Origin: Myxococcota bacterium
GTDB taxonomy: Bacteria; Myxococcota_A; UBA796; SXON01
Direction: 5' to 3'
Length of the DNA stretch: 57,428 nt
NCBI GenBank assembly: GCA_040386535.1
Contig: JAZKFH010000014.1
Coordinates: 1 to 57,428 of the forward strand
Made by a program: the position numbers and the translations under genes
Part shown: piece after piece, positions 38,054-47,300 of the stretch
How the letters are laid out: each line of letters begins with the position of its first letter
Position numbering within the stretch: the first letter of the stretch is position 1
Notes under the pieces: generated by a model
Databases searched by the model: none
Told to the model about the DNA's origin: nothing
Seen by the model: only the letters and a program-made list of their open reading frames with translations

Positions 38054-38971
38054 ATGAGCGAGCCCATCACCATCTCCTCGGTTGCGCAGGTGCACGCGCT
38101 CATGGGCCAGGCTGCGCCATCACACCCCCACATCTCTGTCGTCGGCGCGGCCTGGCACCCTCCACTGCGCCTGACCGTGCCGCTCGCGGATCGAAAGATC
38201 CACTCCGACCTCTACGCCGTGAGCCTGAAACGTGGCGACGAGTGTTGGGTGGCGTATGGCCGGCAGGTGCATGACGCGCAGGCGGGCACCCTTCTCTGCC
38301 TGACGCCTGGTCAGAGCTTCACGCCGATGGCTGGCGAGGGCGGCGCCGCTCACACCGAATCGGCGTGGACCCTGGTGTTCCACCCCGACCTCGTCGCCGG
38401 GAGCCCACTCGCCGCGCGGCTGCGCGACTTCGGCTACTTTCGTTACACCGCCACCGAGGCGCTGCACCTCCACGAGGGCGAGCGGCAGCGGCTGACCGAC
38501 ATCGTGCAGGCCCTGGAACGCGAAGCTTCGGCTGCTCCCGATGCGCACTCGAAGGAGGTGCTGGTGGCGCACCTCGAGCTGTTCTTCAGCTACTGTGGGC
38601 GGTTCTACACGCGCCAGTTTCACAGCCGGACCCAAGTGCAGGGGGGAGTGCTCGCCCGGCTTCAGCGACACCTCGATGAATATCTCTCGTCCGCGCGCCC
38701 CCGCGAAGAGGGGCTGCCAACCGTCGCGCTCTGCGCGAAATCGCTCGGCTATTCTCCCGACTATCTGAGCGATCTGCTCCGCGAGGAGACGGGTGGGAGC
38801 GCGCGCGACCACATCCATCGCGCCTTGATCGAGGCCGCCAAACGGCGGCTGGCCTCGACGCGAGCGAGTGTCGGCGAAGTCGCCCACTCCCTCGGCTTCG
38901 AGCAGCCACAACACTTCTCCAAGTTGTTCAAGCAGAAGACCGGCTCGTCACCAGGGGCGTGGCGCGGTTGA
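38054..38971 (+). CDS. AraC family transcriptional regulator
   Basis: YLSDLLREETG, LGFEQPQHFSKLFKQKTG.SP. Confidence 0.92.
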   Translation: MSEPITISSVAQVHALMGQAAPSHPHISVVGAAWHPPLRLTVPLADRKIHSDLYAVSLKRGDECWVAYGRQVHDAQAGTLLCLTPGQSFTPMAGEGGAAHTESAWTLVFHPDLVAGSPLAARLRDFGYFRYTATEALHLHEGERQRLTDIVQALEREASAAPDAHSKEVLVAHLELFFSYCGRFYTRQFHSRTQVQGGVLARLQRHLDEYLSSARPREEGLPTVALCAKSLGYSPDYLSDLLREETGGSARDHIHRALIEAAKRRLASTRASVGEVAHSLGFEQPQHFSKLFKQKTGSSPGAWRG

Positions 38972-39037
38972 AGTCGAGGCGGGACCTGGACATCGTCAGC
39001 CTCCACGGCGCCAACTTGGGCGCGCACGGGCAGGCTC

Positions 39038-39394
39038 TCAGTCGCACCCAGGTACGTTGGCCGGGCACACGTGGGCGGACGTCGCCACCCCGCGGCCGTA
39101 GAGGACCACGGAGAAGCTCCACCCCTCGAGCTCCGTGCACGCCGCCACGTCGGGAAGGACGACCGTACCGCTCCACGCGCGGTGCCCGGCACCGGGTAGC
39201 GCCGCAACGACGCGGGGCCCCTCCGGCGGCGCGCCGACGAAAGTAGCGGCGTACAACGCGCCGCCCGCGTCGACGGCGGCCTCGATCTCGACGGTGCCGC
39301 CCGCGTCGCGGCACGTCGCGGAGCCCGCTCCGAACTGGGAGGGCGGGCTCGGGATCACGTCGTCCGGGACGCACGCGAGCAGCAGGAGGATCAC
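39038..39394 (-). CDS. Small lipoprotein
   Basis: MILLLLAC-type signal; GTGA overlap with upstream stop. Confidence 0.7.
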   Translation of the reverse strand: MILLLLACVPDDVIPSPPSQFGAGSATCRDAGGTVEIEAAVDAGGALYAATFVGAPPEGPRVVAALPGAGHRAWSGTVVLPDVAACTELEGWSFSVVLYGRGVATSAHVCPANVPGCD

Positions 39395-40164
39395 GGCGAC
39401 ACCGTGAGCGGGCGCGCGTCCATCCGCGTCCAGAGGGCGTCGGGCACCCCGTCCAGGTCGCAGATGCCGCTCACCAGGAGGGGCAGGCGCTCGGCCAGCG
39501 CGGCGCGATCGGGCTGCGCGGCGCGCTCGTAGAGCCGCGTCGTGAGCCAGATGGTGATCGACTGCGCGCCGCCCCAGGTGGGATCGGGCCCCTCGTCGAC
39601 CACCTCCTGCTCCATGCAGTCGAGGTGCGTGCGGGCGGAATCGGCGTGGGACGCCGCGTGCACGAGCGCGATCGCGGGCGCGCCGACCGCGTCGGAGGAC
39701 CCGAACCGGGGGTAGCCGAGCGAGCGGAGGTCGGGGTCGAGCCGGTAGAGCCAGTCACCCGTGAGCGGGTGCACGGCATCGACCCGCGCGAGGACATAGG
39801 CGTAGAGCGCGTGGCCGAGGGGCGACCCGTCGGCGACGGGGAGGCGCGCGAGCTCGGCGACGAGCGACGCGGGCGCCTCCTCGTCCGGCTCCAGGGCGCC
39901 GAAGTCCGCGGCCAGGAGGCCCCAGAGGGCGATCGCGAGGCCGACGCGACCGTCGCCTTCGTCCGCCCAGGGCACGGCCGCCCGCTCGGCCGCGCTCGCG
40001 CCGAGGTCGGCCAGCAGGGCGTCCCCGCAGGCGGCGTCCGGCACGGCGAGCAGCTCATCCCCCGCGCGGAGCTCCCCCTCCGCGAGGCCGCAGGTCCGCA
40101 ACACGTCCGCGGTGGGCGCGGAGGCGCACCCGCCGAGGAGCACGAAGGTGGCGAGGCGCCTCAT
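39391..40164 (-). CDS. Lipoprotein, degenerate metzincin paralog (HAASH)
   Basis: MRRLATFVLLGGC; ATGA overlap; colinear similarity to 40161-40958. Confidence 0.75.
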   Translation of the reverse strand: MRRLATFVLLGGCASAPTADVLRTCGLAEGELRAGDELLAVPDAACGDALLADLGASAAERAAVPWADEGDGRVGLAIALWGLLAADFGALEPDEEAPASLVAELARLPVADGSPLGHALYAYVLARVDAVHPLTGDWLYRLDPDLRSLGYPRFGSSDAVGAPAIALVHAASHADSARTHLDCMEQEVVDEGPDPTWGGAQSITIWLTTRLYERAAQPDRAALAERLPLLVSGICDLDGVPDALWTRMDARPLTVSP

Positions 40165-40958
40165 TCGGCCTCCAGGTACGCGAGCCGTTCGACCAGCGCG
40201 TCGGGGAGGGAGGCCTCCGCACACAGGCCGTCCATCACGGCGTGCACCTGGTCGATCCCGCCCTCGATCGCACCCTTCGTCGACGCGTGCTCGGCGTAGA
40301 CGAGCAGCAAGGCCCCGTTCACGCCGTAGGCCCCGTCCCAATCGTCGTCCGCGGCGTCGAGCGGCGTGCCGGCGGCGCTGGTGCACGCGCGGTGGTAGCG
40401 CCCGGAGTGGTGGGCGGCCTCGTGGAGGAGGAGCCCGAGCATGTAGAGGGGGTCGACGCTGCCGAGGTTGCCGACCTCCAGCGTGTCCGTCAGGACGTCC
40501 ATCGTGGCGTGGTTGGACTCGCCCGGAGCCACGGCGGCCACGACGTTCGCCGCGTAGTCGTACAGGAGCGCGCTGGCGGGCGCGTCCCGCCCGTGGCCGA
40601 GCGTGGCGGCGAGGCGCTCGAGCTCCTCCACGAAGGTGTCTGGGACGACCGGATCGTCCAGCCACTCCCCGACGGTCCCGAAGTTTCCCGCCTGCAGGAG
40701 CCAGGCGCCCGCGATCAGCCTCTCCACCGGCTCGCCGTCCAGGGTGCCCGGGAGATCCGCGTTCGGAAACGCGTCCCACCGGACCCCGAGGTCATCGCCG
40801 AGGGCGCGGGCGCACGCGGCGTCGTACCGGAGCAGTCCTGCATCGTCGGGATCGACCCGTGGGTCGTCCGCGGTCTCGCCGTCGGCCATGCCACAGGAAA
40901 CCCTGACGCTCGCCCAGCGAGGCTCGGGGGACGAGCAGGCGGCCAGCCAGAACAACAT
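40161..40958 (-). CDS. Lipoprotein zinc metallopeptidase (HExxHxxGxxH)
   Basis: MLFWLAAC; LLHEAAHHSGRYH. Confidence 0.78.
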   Translation of the reverse strand: MLFWLAACSSPEPRWASVRVSCGMADGETADDPRVDPDDAGLLRYDAACARALGDDLGVRWDAFPNADLPGTLDGEPVERLIAGAWLLQAGNFGTVGEWLDDPVVPDTFVEELERLAATLGHGRDAPASALLYDYAANVVAAVAPGESNHATMDVLTDTLEVGNLGSVDPLYMLGLLLHEAAHHSGRYHRACTSAAGTPLDAADDDWDGAYGVNGALLLVYAEHASTKGAIEGGIDQVHAVMDGLCAEASLPDALVERLAYLEAE

Positions 40959-41056
40959 TCCTCGAGCCGTAGCGCGCAGAAACCGGGGGTGCAATACGAC
41001 AGCGCGCCGTCCGGGACGACGTCGAGATCCAACTCGAGGCCGCCAGGAGCGGACGC

Positions 41057-42394
41057 TCACCGCGCCGTGATGACCATGGGCAGCCCATTCGCGAGCCCGA
41101 GCACCCCCTGCATCTCCCAGCGCGGCTCGTATCCGTCACGAAGGCGGGGCGCGAAGCGCTGCGCCAGCACCGCGAGGAGGAGGTGGCTCTCCAGCAGCGA
41201 GAAGTTGTTGCCGATGCAGATGCGCGGGCCGGCCGCGAACGGGTGGTACGCGTGGTGGTGGCGCCCCTCCTCCGCCTGGCGCGTCCATCGGTCCGGGTCG
41301 AACGCGTCCGGGTTGTTCCAGAACTGCGGGTGACGGTGTGTGTAGTAGGGCGACAGCATCACCCCGGCTCCCTTGGGCACGTCGAAGTCGCCGATCCGAT
41401 CCACCTCGAGGGCATCGCGGACGTAGAACGGCGCCGCCGGGTAGAGCCGCAGCACCTCCTTGACGACCTGCAGCGTGTACGGGAGCTGCCGCAGGTCCTC
41501 CACGGTGGGCGTGCGCCCGGCGAGCACGCGGTCGAGCTCCTCGTGGAGCTGCGCGGCGACGTCCGGATTGGCCGCGAGCGCGTACCACGTGAACGTCATC
41601 GTGCGCGCGGTGGTCTCGTGTCCCGCGAAGAACGTCGTGATCGACTCGTCACGGACCAGGTTCTCGGACATCGCCTCGCCGGTCTCCTCGTCGCGCGCCT
41701 TCATCAGCCGCGAGAGCAGGTCGTCGGGCCACTGGGCCTCGTCCATGGCCCGCCGTTGGGCGATCAAGCCCTGGATCGCGTTGTGCACCAGATCGCGCGC
41801 AGCCTTGTACCGGGTGTTCGTCGGCGTGGGGACCCAGAGCGGGAGCGCCAGGCCTGTCGCCCGCCCGGTCACGAACGAGATCATCGTCGAGACCGCGTCC
41901 TTCATCTGGTCGATCGACTCCATCGTCTCCGAGCTGAACATCGCCCGTAGGATGATGGTGGCGGTGACCTGGGTCATCTCCTCGGCGATCTCCACCTCGG
42001 CGCCGCTCTTCGCGAGGTCGTCCCAGCGCTCAGCCATCCGCACGCTGTCCCGGAGCATCAGCTCCGCGTACGCCTGTACGCCGGTGGTGGTGAAGAACGG
42101 GGCCAGGAGCCGGCGCTGCCGCCGCCAGAGCTCGCCGGTGCTCGCGACCAGGCCCTCGCCCGTCAGGTAGTCCCGCACGGAGTCGTAGCTGGCGACCTTG
42201 TCGTAGCTCTGCCGCTTCGTGACGTTGACGTACTTCACCGCGTCCGGATGCATCGCGAACATCAGCGTGCGCGACCCGACGCGCACCTGGAAGACATCCC
42301 CGTACTCGCGCCACATGTCGCCCGCGAAGGCGAGGAAACCGCGCGTCTGGACGCCGTACAGAAACCGGAACAGGCCGGGGCCGGGGGCTTGCAT
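41057..42394 (-). CDS. Cytochrome P450
   Basis: AGHETT, EVLR (ExxR), FDPDRW, FAAGPRICIG heme motif; GAGGAG SD. Confidence 0.96.
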   Translation of the reverse strand: MQAPGPGLFRFLYGVQTRGFLAFAGDMWREYGDVFQVRVGSRTLMFAMHPDAVKYVNVTKRQSYDKVASYDSVRDYLTGEGLVASTGELWRRQRRLLAPFFTTTGVQAYAELMLRDSVRMAERWDDLAKSGAEVEIAEEMTQVTATIILRAMFSSETMESIDQMKDAVSTMISFVTGRATGLALPLWVPTPTNTRYKAARDLVHNAIQGLIAQRRAMDEAQWPDDLLSRLMKARDEETGEAMSENLVRDESITTFFAGHETTARTMTFTWYALAANPDVAAQLHEELDRVLAGRTPTVEDLRQLPYTLQVVKEVLRLYPAAPFYVRDALEVDRIGDFDVPKGAGVMLSPYYTHRHPQFWNNPDAFDPDRWTRQAEEGRHHHAYHPFAAGPRICIGNNFSLLESHLLLAVLAQRFAPRLRDGYEPRWEMQGVLGLANGLPMVITAR

Positions 42395-42438
42395 GGTCAA
42401 CTCCTCGCGGGGCGGTGGGACACCTCGCAGCCTAACGA

Positions 42439-42459
42439 GGATGGCAGTTTCTGCCATCC
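42439..42459. promoter_or_regulatory. Perfect inverted repeat GGATGGCAG-TTT-CTGCCATCC (operator or terminator) upstream of the P450
   Basis: Directly visible; role not distinguishable. Confidence 0.4.
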
Positions 42460-42483
42460 GGCCTCAGGATGCGAGGTGCCGTT

Positions 42484-44343
42484 TCACCAGCCTGACGCCC
42501 CCGGCCCCCCAAACGCTCCCATATCCCCCCGACTCCCATCCGAATCCACCCGACTCGGATCCCCCGCATTGATCGCAGGGCTCGTCCCCGAGAGGTGGAA
42601 ATCTGATTCCAACTGGGGATCCGCCTCGATGTTTCCGTCGCGCCCCGTGGGATCACTCATCCCCACGAACGCGTCGCCGGAGTTGCTCCACGTGAGGGTG
42701 TAGCGCCACTCGGGGGTGGACGAGGGGTTGGCGGCCACGGCGTTGCCGTCGTTGCCGGAGAGGATGCTGTCGGAGACCAGCGCGGTGCCGACGCTGCGGA
42801 GGGACAGGGCGGCGCCCTCGTCGGCCTGGTTGGCGGTCAGGACGACGTTGTACATCGCGAGGGAGGCCTGTGAGAAGTAGATGCCGCCGCCGCTGGACGC
42901 GATGTTGCCGGTGAAGATCGCGTTTTCGAGTTGGAAGGTGCCGTTGGTCACACACAAGCCACCGCCGTGGTCCGCCTGGTTGCCGGTCATCTCGAGGCGG
43001 GCGGCCTTGAAGTCGAAGCCCTCGCCGATGAACGCCAGCCCGCCGCCACAGCCACCGGCAACATTGTCCTCGAACACGGAGTCGGTGAACTCGATGTTCC
43101 AGAAGGGCAGCGCGAGGCTCACGCCGCCGCCGTTGCTGCCCGCCACGTTGCGGCGGAACACGTTGCCACGCGAGGAGGAGTTGTCGTCGTCGATCTCGAT
43201 GGCGCCGCCGCGGCCGCTGGCCTCGTTGTCCTCGAAGGTGTTGCTGACGATCTCGTTTGCGTTGTGGGACACCTTCATGGCGCCGCCGTCCCCGCCCGAC
43301 GCGACATTGGATCGGAAGGTGTTCTGCTCGATCAAGCCGCCACCGTAGAGCATGCGGAGGCCGCCGGCGTCATCGGTGGCGACGTTGTCGTGGAAGCTGT
43401 TTCGGTACACGTGACCGGTGGCGCTCTCGGTGAAGCCGCCGCCGCCGTCGGTGCCGCCCGTGTTCTCGTACACCTCGTTGTAGTCGATGACGCCGGTGTG
43501 GAGGATGGCGGCGAAGCCACCGCCGGTGAACAGGGCGTCGTTGCGACGGACCACGTTGCGCGAGAAGGTGGTGCCGCCGTCGAACCACACGCCGCCGCCC
43601 ACGTGGCCGACGTTGTCCTCGAATACGCTGCCGGTGATGCTGGCCGCCGCGCCGGTGACATACAGCCCGGCGCCGTCCGCGCCCCCATTGGAGGCGAAGG
43701 TGCTCTCCTCCACGGTTAGCGCGCCGCCCTGGATGTAGGCGCCGCCGCCGTCGCCCCCGGATCGATTGGTCAACAGCTGGGTGCGGGTCATCGTGACCGT
43801 ACAGTTCAGCGTGGCGATGCCGCCGCCCTCCTGGGCAGAGCCGCCGGTGATCGTCGTGTCGACGAGGGTGAGCTCGGCGCCCTCGCACCACACGCCGCCG
43901 CCGCGATCGGCCTTTCCGTCGGTGATGATGACCCCCTCGACCGTGACCGTGGCGGTGCCCGTGCTCGACGTGACCTCCAGGCCGCGCGCGGTGCCGCCAC
44001 CGTCGAGCGTGGTGGCCCCCGTGCCGCGCAAGGTGAGGCCGCGGCTGTCGACCACCACGGTCTCGGCGAACGTTTCGCCGCACAGCTCCACGATGGCGCC
44101 GTCGGGCGCAGCGTCCACGCCGCCCTGCACGGTGAGGTGCTCGGCGGTGCCGTCACCACACACGGTCACCACGGGCGGCGGCACGACCACCTCCGCGGTG
44201 TCGACGGGCGGCGCGGTGTCGTCGGCGTCGGTTTCCTCGCCACCCCCTCCCCCACCACCACCGCCGGGCGGCTTGCCCCCGTCGGCTCCCACACAGCCCA
44301 CGCCACAGACCACGAGGACACCCAACCAGCCGATGCCACGCAT
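42484..44343 (-). CDS. Right-handed parallel beta-helix (pectin-lyase/Pmp-like) secreted or lipoprotein
   Basis: Repeated GGG/GGA(I/V) and FxxN motifs; C-terminal SPAINAGDP..DxDGSRGDMGAFGG. Confidence 0.88.
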   Translation of the reverse strand: MRGIGWLGVLVVCGVGCVGADGGKPPGGGGGGGGGEETDADDTAPPVDTAEVVVPPPVVTVCGDGTAEHLTVQGGVDAAPDGAIVELCGETFAETVVVDSRGLTLRGTGATTLDGGGTARGLEVTSSTGTATVTVEGVIITDGKADRGGGVWCEGAELTLVDTTITGGSAQEGGGIATLNCTVTMTRTQLLTNRSGGDGGGAYIQGGALTVEESTFASNGGADGAGLYVTGAAASITGSVFEDNVGHVGGGVWFDGGTTFSRNVVRRNDALFTGGGFAAILHTGVIDYNEVYENTGGTDGGGGFTESATGHVYRNSFHDNVATDDAGGLRMLYGGGLIEQNTFRSNVASGGDGGAMKVSHNANEIVSNTFEDNEASGRGGAIEIDDDNSSSRGNVFRRNVAGSNGGGVSLALPFWNIEFTDSVFEDNVAGGCGGGLAFIGEGFDFKAARLEMTGNQADHGGGLCVTNGTFQLENAIFTGNIASSGGGIYFSQASLAMYNVVLTANQADEGAALSLRSVGTALVSDSILSGNDGNAVAANPSSTPEWRYTLTWSNSGDAFVGMSDPTGRDGNIEADPQLESDFHLSGTSPAINAGDPSRVDSDGSRGDMGAFGGPGASGW

Positions 44344-44396
44344 TGTTCTGACTCCCACCCTGTCATCAGGGTAGGCACGAGCGCGGCCGGGGCGAG

Positions 44397-47300
44397 CTAC
44401 CCGTTCGCGGCCCGGATCTTCGCCAATTCCTCGGCCACCACCCCCGCGGTCCAGCCGAGCTGGGCCTCGGAGTGCAACGACGAGAGGAAGAAGCGCAGGC
44501 GCGAGGCGTTGTCCGCCACCGCCGGGTACAGGATTGGCTGGACGTTGACGCCACGTTTCATGAGCGCGTCCGAGAGCAACAAGGCGTGGAAGCTGTTCCC
44601 CACGATGACGGGGCACACGCCGCTCTCGCCGGCGGAGGGGCCGGTGTCGAGGTTGTGCTCCTGGCACGCCTTGTAGAAGAAGCGCGCGTTGGACTGCAAC
44701 TTCTTGACGCTCTCGGGCTCGCGCTCCATGAGCTCGAGCGAGGCGATCGCGGCCATCGTGTTCGCGGGAGAGAGGCCCGCCGAGTAGATGAACCCGGGCG
44801 CCGTGTACTTGAGCATCTGTACGAGGACGCGGCTGCCCGCGATGTACCCACCACAACTCGACAGGGACTTGGACAGGGTGCCCATCCAGATGTCGATCTC
44901 GGTGCCGGGCACGCCGAAGTGTTCGGACACGCCGTAGCCGCGCTCGCCCACCACGCCGAAGGAGTGGGCCTCATCGACCATGAGGAAACACTTGTGACGC
45001 TTCTTGAGCGCCACGTAGGCGGGCAGGTCACAGATGTCGCCGTCCATCGAGTACACACCCTCGACGACGATCAGGGCCTTTTCGAAGTTGGGCCGCAGCT
45101 GCTCCAACAAACGCGCCAGCGCCGCGGTGTCCCCGTGCGGGAAGGGCCGGCGGGTGGCGCCGGAGAGCTTCATGCCCTGGAACACGGAGTCGTGGATGAG
45201 CTCGTCGTGGAGGATGAGATCCTTGGGCCCGAACAGGTGCCCCACCGTGGTCACGTTGGTCGCGTGGCCGGCGGTGAACACGATGCTGTCCTCGACGCCG
45301 AGCGCCTTGGCGATGCGCTGCTCCAGCTCAAGGTGGATGGGCCGCTCGCCCGACGCCACGCGGCTGGCGCTCACGCTGGTGCCGTACTTGTGCACCGCCT
45401 CGAACACGCGCTGCTCGACGTAGGGGTGCCCGGAGAACCCGAGGTAGTTGTACCCGGAGAAGTGGACGCGCTCCTTGCCGGCGATCTCCACCACGTCCCG
45501 CGCGGTGCCTTCGAGCACCTTGAAGTACGGGTTGTCGATGCCGAGCATCAGGGCGGCCTGGAGCCGCTGGTCGAGGTCGACCCAGGCGGGGAACCGGGAG
45601 AAGTCGGTGAACTCGGGCGCGATCGCCAGCTCGCCGGGGAGCGCGCGGAGCTCGCCCTCAACGCCCTCACCGATCGCCACGACCTCACCGTTCGCGCGGC
45701 GCAACACGACGGTGCCGGTGAACCGGTCGCCGGTGTTGGCCTCGAACGTGACGGCCACGTCGAGCACCTCGTCGGCCGCAACGTCACGCTGGGTCCATGC
45801 GCGCACCTTGACCGGGAAGCCCGCGCGCTGGCGTTTTTCGAACGCCCACAGGCCACACAACTGGAGGGCGGAGTCGATCGCCAGCGGGGAGAACGTCCAC
45901 CTGTCCTGGCCCCAGGCCTTCGAGTCGCCGATGCGCACCTTGCCGGTCACGTGCTGCTCGCCGAGCACGCCCACCGCCACGATGCCCTGCAGGAGCGGGC
46001 CGTGGAAGGTATGGTTGCTGTAGAAGTCGGCCAGCGAGGTCTTGGCGGCAGAGCCACCGACCGGCGCGGGCGGGGCGACCAACGTGGCCGCCGGGGTCAC
46101 GCGGCCCTCCCAAGCCAGCTTGGATCCGACGAGCACGCGGAAGCGCTCTCCGTCGAGGCGCAACCGCGCCACGAGCGGCTTCTCCACGATGACCCCGTCG
46201 AACAGCGTCAGATCGCGCACCATCGGCGCGCCTTGGCCAGGGCTGACCGCGGACCCGAGGCGGACGGCCCATTCGAGCACCATCGCCATCGGCACGGTGG
46301 GGCGGCCCATGAGCGCGTGATCGCGCAGCCAGGGCATGTCGGGCGAGAGGGCCTCGGCCACCTCGAGCGAGCGGCGGGTGGTGGGGAGATCCAAGCCGAG
46401 CACGACCTCGCCAGTGGTGCCGAGCGCACGCAGGAACGCACGGGCGCCCTGCGCGGTGTCGACGAACACCACGCCGTCCTCACGCATCGCGATGCGCATG
46501 GGGAGCGGCACGGTGCCGACCATGGTGGAGTCCGCCCACGGGCCCCACACCTGCACCTGGGCCGCGATGCCACGCTCCGAGAGCGCGCGCGTGACGCCCA
46601 CGAGGGCGTCGTTCGCGGCGGCGTACTCGGTCTGGTAGGCGTTGCCGAAGAAGGCGGCGTAGCTGCCGATCGCGGAGACCCACTTCACGCCGGGGCACGC
46701 GTCGACCAGCCGGGTCAGGCCGTTGACCTTGATGTCCCAGGCGGCGGCGCCGTCTGCCTTGCCGACCGGGCCGTCCGCGAGGATGCCCGCGGCGTGCACG
46801 ATGCCGTCGATGCCGTCGATGGGGGGGATCTCCCCGCGCACGTCCGCGCGCACGTAGCGGGCGGCGGCGCCGAGGTCGGCGAGGGCGTCGCCCGGGTCGT
46901 GGCGGGAGCCGAGCAGCACGACCTCGGCGCCGGCGTCGACGAGGGCCTTGGCGAGCACGCGGCCGAGCCAGCCGGTGCCTCCGCTCACGAGGATGCGCTG
47001 GCCGGCAACGCTGGCAGGCACGGGCTCGAAGGCTTCGAGCCCAGTGACACAGCGGATGCCGCTGACGTAGGAGACGACGAGGTCCCGCTCGGCGGCGGCG
47101 AGCTCGCGCGCGGCGTCGGCGGGGGTGCCGTACACCACGACGACCTTGTGGTCGGGCCACTCGCGCCCGAGCGAGCGCACGAAGCCGAGGAGGCCGTCGG
47201 ACGCGCGGTTGCCGACACACACCGCGAGGTCGCCGGGGGACAGGGTGCGCAGGGCCTCGATCGTGGGGTCGACGAGCACGCGGCCCGTCGTGACGTGACC

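Noticed and set aside
42395..42483. Biarylitide-type precursor upstream of the P450
   Set aside because: No short MxYxH-like ORF found
44397..45570. bioF (biotin synthesis) call for the AOS domain
   Set aside because: Fused to a PKS with FAAL/ACP neighbours and no other bio genes nearby
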